Position numbers and translations under genes: made by a program
Shown here: positions 28,114 to 32,000 of the stretch, piece after piece
Numbering within the stretch: the first letter of the stretch is position 1
Layout: each line of letters begins with the position of its first letter
Assembly: GCF_000012905.2 (NCBI RefSeq)
Contig: NC_007493.2
Location: forward strand, 1,050,001-1,082,000
Direction of reading: 5' to 3'
Origin: Cereibacter sphaeroides 2.4.1
Lineage (GTDB): Bacteria > Pseudomonadota > Alphaproteobacteria > Rhodobacterales > Rhodobacteraceae
DNA length: 32,000 nt
The notes under the pieces: model-generated
The model's input: the letters and a program-made list of their open reading frames with translations, nothing else
Databases searched by the model: none
Told to the model about the DNA's origin: nothing

Positions 28114-28439
28114 CCCTGCGCCACTCCGACAGGCAGGCCGGTCCAGAGGCCGTCAGCCCCGACCAGGCCCGCATCGGCCAGCCCGTGCACCTTCATCGCC
28201 GTCTCCATGGGCGAGCCGGCGGGGACTGCGATCTCGAACGGGACGCCGGCAGAGGCGGCCTGCCGATGCGCCGCCACGAGGAGCTGGAGCACCGCAAGGC
28301 CCACCTCCTGTGCAGGCGCCGTGTCCAGCCGGACGGGCCCCGGCCCGGCGAAAGCCCGGGCGAGATCGGCCGCGAGCGGACCGGCTTCGGGAAGGCCCGC
28401 CCGGTCCGGGAGGCTGAGAGAGACGGGGGGAGCGGACAT
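28110..28439 (-). CDS. Second STAS-fold small protein, first gene of the chemotaxis cluster
   Basis: This 109-aa protein counts from the ATG at 28439, with GAGG 8 nt upstream. The pattern LSLPDRAGLPEAGPLAADLARAF...AQEVGLAVLQLLVAAHRQAASAGVPFEI parallels the STAS ORF at 20661-20945. The longer version starting at 28493 is less likely. Confidence 0.55.
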   Translation of the reverse strand: MSAPPVSLSLPDRAGLPEAGPLAADLARAFAGPGPVRLDTAPAQEVGLAVLQLLVAAHRQAASAGVPFEIAVPAGSPMETAMKVHGLADAGLVGADGLWTGLPVGVAQG

Positions 28440-28771
28440 GGCAGGGGCCTCGGCTGATTGCTTCCTCCCTGCCGTTCTGGGGCCCGAACCCATAAGGTTT
28501 CCCTAATCCTGATCGCCGAATGCCTAAAATGCGCATGGCCCTTGCCGCGCCCTCCGCCGGAAGAGGGAACCAAAGATTGTGCGACCGGTTGAGTTCGCAC
28601 ACTCGACCAAGATGGGGATCAGGCGTGACGGACAGGAATGGCGAGAGCGGCCGCATGCGGCCCGCCCGCGCATTGCGCGCTCCGAAAGGACCGGACTCAG
28701 AGGCCAACCGGCAGGGCGTGGCAGCAGCGACAGGAGCGCAGGACAGGCGCGACGGGGGCGAGGAGGCGCTG

Positions 28772-30724
28772 ATGCGGCTGGCCGACGCCCGCGTCGCCAT
28801 CGAGGGCGTCAATCTGGAGATCGACGGCGGGCGCTTTGCGGCGAAGGTGGTGGCCGGTTGGGAGGTGGCGGTCGAGGCCGACATCTTCTGCGACGGGCAT
28901 GACAGCATCGACGCGGCCGTGCTGCACCGTCAGCGGGGCACCGATGACTGGATCGAGGTCCGCATGGAGTTCCTCGTGAACGACCGCTGGCAGGCGCACG
29001 TCACCTTCGCCGAGAACGCCTTCCACGAGCTGACCTTCCTCGCCTGGCGCGACCTCTACACCACCTGGCGCAAGGAGGTGGCGAAGAAGCTGGCCGCTGG
29101 CCAGAAGATCGATCTCGAACTCGAGGAGGGGCGCAGGCTCCTGCAATCGGTCGAGACCGCCGGAGCGGAGGATCGCGCCCTCGTCGACCGCATCCTCGGC
29201 GAGGACGGGGCGGATCAGGAGGCGGGCGCCCGCTTCGCCCGGATGAGCTCTCCCGAAGCGGTGGCGGCGATGAAACGCTGTGCGCCGCGCACCAATCTCA
29301 CCTGCTACAAGATCCTGCCGATCTTCGCCGACCGCGAGGCCGCGGCCTTTTCGGCCTGGTACGAGATGATGCCGCGGTCGCAGTCGGACGATCCGGAGCG
29401 GCACGGCACCTTCGACGATGTGATCCGCAAACTGCCCTATGTGCGGGATCTGGGCTTCGATGTGCTCTATTTCACGCCGATCCACCCGATCGGGCGCGTG
29501 AACCGCAAGGGGCGCAACAACAGTCTGACGCCTGCGCCGGACGATCCGGGCTCTCCTTATGCCATCGGCAGCGAAGAGGGCGGGCACGATGCGATCCATC
29601 CCGAACTCGGCGATTTCGAGAGCTTCGGCCGGCTGGTCGAGGCCGCCCATGCCCATGGGCTCGAGATCGCGCTCGATTTCGCGATCCAGTGCGCGCCGGA
29701 CCACCCCTGGATCCGCGAGCATCCGGAATGGTTCGACTGGCGGCCGGACGGCACGATCAAGTTCGCCGAGAACCCTCCGAAGAAATACGAGGACATCGTC
29801 AACGTCCATTTCTACCGCGGCGCCCTGCCGGAACTGTGGTATGCGCTCCGCGACGTGGTGCTGTTCTGGGTGGAAAAGGGCGTGAAGATCTTCCGGGTGG
29901 ACAATCCCCACACGAAGCCCTTCCCGTTCTGGGAGTGGATGATCGGTGAGGTGCAGTCGCAGCATCCCGACGTGATCTTCCTCGCCGAGGCCTTCACGCG
30001 CCCCAAGGTGATGAAGCGTCTGGGCAAGGTGGGCTACGGCCAGAGCTATTCCTACTTCACCTGGCGCAATACCAAGGCCGAGCTCATCGACTATCTCACC
30101 GAGCTCACCACCGAAGAATGCCGGCACTACATGCGGCCGAACTTCTTTGCCAATACGCCCGACATCAATCCGGTCTATCTCCAGCATTCGGGGCGGGCGG
30201 GGTTCCGGGTGCGGCTCGCGCTGGCCGCGACGCTCGGGGGCAACTACGGGCTCTACAACGGCTATGAGATCTGCGAGGCGACCCCGGTGCCGGGGAAGGA
30301 GGAGTATTTCAATTCCGAGAAATACCAGCTCCGCGCCTGGGACTTCGACCAGCCGGGCCATATCCAGGATGACATCCGGCTGATGAACCACATTCGCCGC
30401 ACCCATCCTGCGATGCGCGATTTCACCCGGCTGCGCTTCTACGATGCGCACAACGACTCCGTGCTGGCCTATGGCAAGAGCACCGAGGACAAGCAGGATT
30501 TCCTGCTCTTCCACGTCAACCTCGATCCGCACGCGGCCCAGACCTTCGAGTTCGAGGTCCCGCTGTGGGAGTTCGGGCTGCCCGACGATGCCTCGGTCGA
30601 GGTCGAGGATCTGCTCAACGGAAATCGCTTCACCTGGCACGGAAAGTGGCAGTGGCTTGAACTCGACCCGCAGACCCGCCCCTATGCGGTCTGGCGGCTC
30701 TACGCGCCGGGAATGCCCAGATGA
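28772..30724 (+). CDS. glgE: Alpha-1,4-glucan:maltose-1-phosphate maltosyltransferase
   Basis: The N-terminus [35 protein letters not shown] is typical of GlgE. GH13 motifs are [30 protein letters not shown] and FLAEAFTRP. The ATG at 28772 follows AGGAGG at 28761. The 84-codon upstream extension from 28520 is rejected. Confidence 0.88.
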   Translation: MRLADARVAIEGVNLEIDGGRFAAKVVAGWEVAVEADIFCDGHDSIDAAVLHRQRGTDDWIEVRMEFLVNDRWQAHVTFAENAFHELTFLAWRDLYTTWRKEVAKKLAAGQKIDLELEEGRRLLQSVETAGAEDRALVDRILGEDGADQEAGARFARMSSPEAVAAMKRCAPRTNLTCYKILPIFADREAAAFSAWYEMMPRSQSDDPERHGTFDDVIRKLPYVRDLGFDVLYFTPIHPIGRVNRKGRNNSLTPAPDDPGSPYAIGSEEGGHDAIHPELGDFESFGRLVEAAHAHGLEIALDFAIQCAPDHPWIREHPEWFDWRPDGTIKFAENPPKKYEDIVNVHFYRGALPELWYALRDVVLFWVEKGVKIFRVDNPHTKPFPFWEWMIGEVQSQHPDVIFLAEAFTRPKVMKRLGKVGYGQSYSYFTWRNTKAELIDYLTELTTEECRHYMRPNFFANTPDINPVYLQHSGRAGFRVRLALAATLGGNYGLYNGYEICEATPVPGKEEYFNSEKYQLRAWDFDQPGHIQDDIRLMNHIRRTHPAMRDFTRLRFYDAHNDSVLAYGKSTEDKQDFLLFHVNLDPHAAQTFEFEVPLWEFGLPDDASVEVEDLLNGNRFTWHGKWQWLELDPQTRPYAVWRLYAPGMPR

Positions 30725-32000
30725 ATCAGAATGTCTCTCCCTCCACCGTTGCCGTCCGCCGCACGGACGGCATCGATCGCAGCCAAACCGACTGGTACAA
30801 GGACGCGATCATCTATCAGCTGCACATCAAGGCGTTTCAGGACGCCAATGGCGACGGGATCGGTGACTTCGCGGGCCTGATGCAGCGGCTGGATTATGTG
30901 CAGGCGCTGGGCGTGACCGCGATCTGGCTGCTGCCTTTCTATCCCTCGCCGCTCCGCGACGACGGCTACGACATCTCGGACTATCGCTCGATCAACCCGT
31001 CCTACGGCGCGATGCGCGACTTCAAGCTGTTCGTGCAGGAAGCGCACAAGCGCGGGCTGCGCGTCATCACCGAGCTGGTCATCAACCACACCTCCGACCA
31101 GCATCCCTGGTTCCAGCGGGCCCGGCGGGCGAAGAAGGGATCGGCCGCGCGCGACTGGTACGTCTGGAGCGATACCGACCAGAAATTCCCCGAAACGCGG
31201 ATCATCTTCCTCGATACGGAAAAGTCGAACTGGACCTGGGATCCGGTGGCAGGCGCCTATTACTGGCACCGCTTCTATTCGCACCAGCCCGACCTGAACT
31301 TCGACAATCCCCGTGTGCTCGAGGAAGTGCTCAAGATCATGCGCATGTGGCTCGAGATGGGCGTCGACGGGCTCCGGCTCGACGCGATCCCCTATCTGGT
31401 CGAGCGCGAGGGCACCAACAACGAGAACCTCCCCGAGACGCACGATGTTCTCAAGAAGATCCGGGCCAACCTCGACCAGCATTTCCCCGACAGGATGCTG
31501 CTCGCCGAGGCGAACCAGTGGCCGGAGGACACGCGCCCCTATTTCGGCGAGGGCGACGAATGCCACATGGGCTTCCATTTCCCGCTGATGCCGCGGATGT
31601 ACATGGCGCTGGCGCAGGCCGACCGGCATCCGATCACCGACATCATCCGCCAGACGCCCGAGATCCCGGAAGGCTGCCAATGGGGCATCTTCCTCCGGAA
31701 CCACGACGAGCTGACGCTCGAGATGGTGACGGCCGAAGAGCGCGACTACATGTGGCGCTTCTACGCCGAAGATTCGCGGGCGCGGATCAATCTCGGCATC
31801 CGGCGCAGGCTGGCGCCGCTGATGAAGAACGACCGGCGCAAGATCGAGCTTCTGAACCAGATGCTGATGTCGATGCCCGGCACGCCCATCGTTTATTACG
31901 GCGACGAGATCGGCATGGGCGACAACTACTATCTCGGCGACCGGGATGGCGTGCGGACGCCCATGCAATGGTCGGCCGACCGCAACGGCGGCTTCTCGCG
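30721..32000 (+). CDS. treS: Trehalose synthase / maltose alpha-D-glucosyltransferase, N-terminal 426 aa; the 3' end lies outside the window
   Basis: This ORF is not in the supplied track because it runs off the right edge. My translation from the ATG at 30721 gives [10 protein letters not shown]...[63 protein letters not shown] and [13 protein letters not shown]. The ATG overlaps the glgE stop (ATGA). Confidence 0.88.
   Translation, partial: MNQNVSPSTVAVRRTDGIDRSQTDWYKDAIIYQLHIKAFQDANGDGIGDFAGLMQRLDYVQALGVTAIWLLPFYPSPLRDDGYDISDYRSINPSYGAMRDFKLFVQEAHKRGLRVITELVINHTSDQHPWFQRARRAKKGSAARDWYVWSDTDQKFPETRIIFLDTEKSNWTWDPVAGAYYWHRFYSHQPDLNFDNPRVLEEVLKIMRMWLEMGVDGLRLDAIPYLVEREGTNNENLPETHDVLKKIRANLDQHFPDRMLLAEANQWPEDTRPYFGEGDECHMGFHFPLMPRMYMALAQADRHPITDIIRQTPEIPEGCQWGIFLRNHDELTLEMVTAEERDYMWRFYAEDSRARINLGIRRRLAPLMKNDRRKIELLNQMLMSMPGTPIVYYGDEIGMGDNYYLGDRDGVRTPMQWSADRNGGFS

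Noticed and set aside
1-32000. Mobile elements, CRISPR arrays, tRNA/rRNA genes, prophage or defence-system genes
   Set aside because: I recognised no transposase, integrase or recombinase motifs, no direct-repeat/spacer periodicity, no tRNA T-loop (GGTTCGAATCC-like) outside coding context, and no nuclease, ATPase or methylase gene sets typical of defence islands. All genes have housekeeping or chemotaxis identities.

Overview
This is a 32-kb, high-GC alphaproteobacterial chromosomal window with very dense coding. It has many long spurious antisense or off-frame ORFs, as is typical of GC-rich DNA. I can support 30 protein-coding genes and a few intrinsic-terminator-like hairpins. I found no rRNA or tRNA, no CRISPR array, and no transposase, integrase or inverted-repeat signature. 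Gene content from left to right: (1) the tail of an Anbu/proteasome-like peptidase; (2) a translationally coupled SCP2 plus alpha/beta-hydrolase pair; (3) a TPR protein; (4) the block SUV3-like helicase, S4/Hsp15-like protein, 7Fe ferredoxin (fdxA) and carD; (5) divergent cobS/cobT; (6) a KefB/KefC-type CPA2 antiporter; (7) an orphan 958-aa Pro/Ala/Glu-rich bitopic protein; (8) a SIMPL/BP26-like protein; (9) metY; (10) a 12.3-kb, 13-gene minus-strand chemotaxis cluster; (11) glgE and the 5' part of treS (GlgE alpha-glucan pathway). In transcription order the chemotaxis cluster is STAS, CheY, MCP, soluble MCP-like protein, MCP, CheD, STAS, CheY, CheA, CheW, CheR, CheY and a small ORF. This order matches my memory of cheOp1 of Rhodobacter (Cereibacter) sphaeroides and resembles the Sinorhizobium meliloti che operon. 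That identification is from memory and needs a database search. Nothing resembles a defence island or mobile element. The most interesting material is the accessory content of the che cluster. The soluble 595-aa receptor-like protein carries three CheZ-like signatures: a DxxxQ helix motif, a QDLHDLTGA motif, and a C-terminal ADDILDVLF peptide resembling the CheZ CheY-docking tail. The operon-terminal 115-aa protein shares an LQxxDxxxQxL motif with it. There are two STAS-CheY gene pairs. A 19-codon uORF with an RPPGP motif is coupled to cheD. Secondary items are the orphan 958-aa protein with a PilM/GspL-like N-terminus and PilP/GspC-like C-terminus, and a promoter-plus-terminator arrangement in the fdxA-carD spacer. 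All functional calls come from motif recognition by eye; no searches were run.
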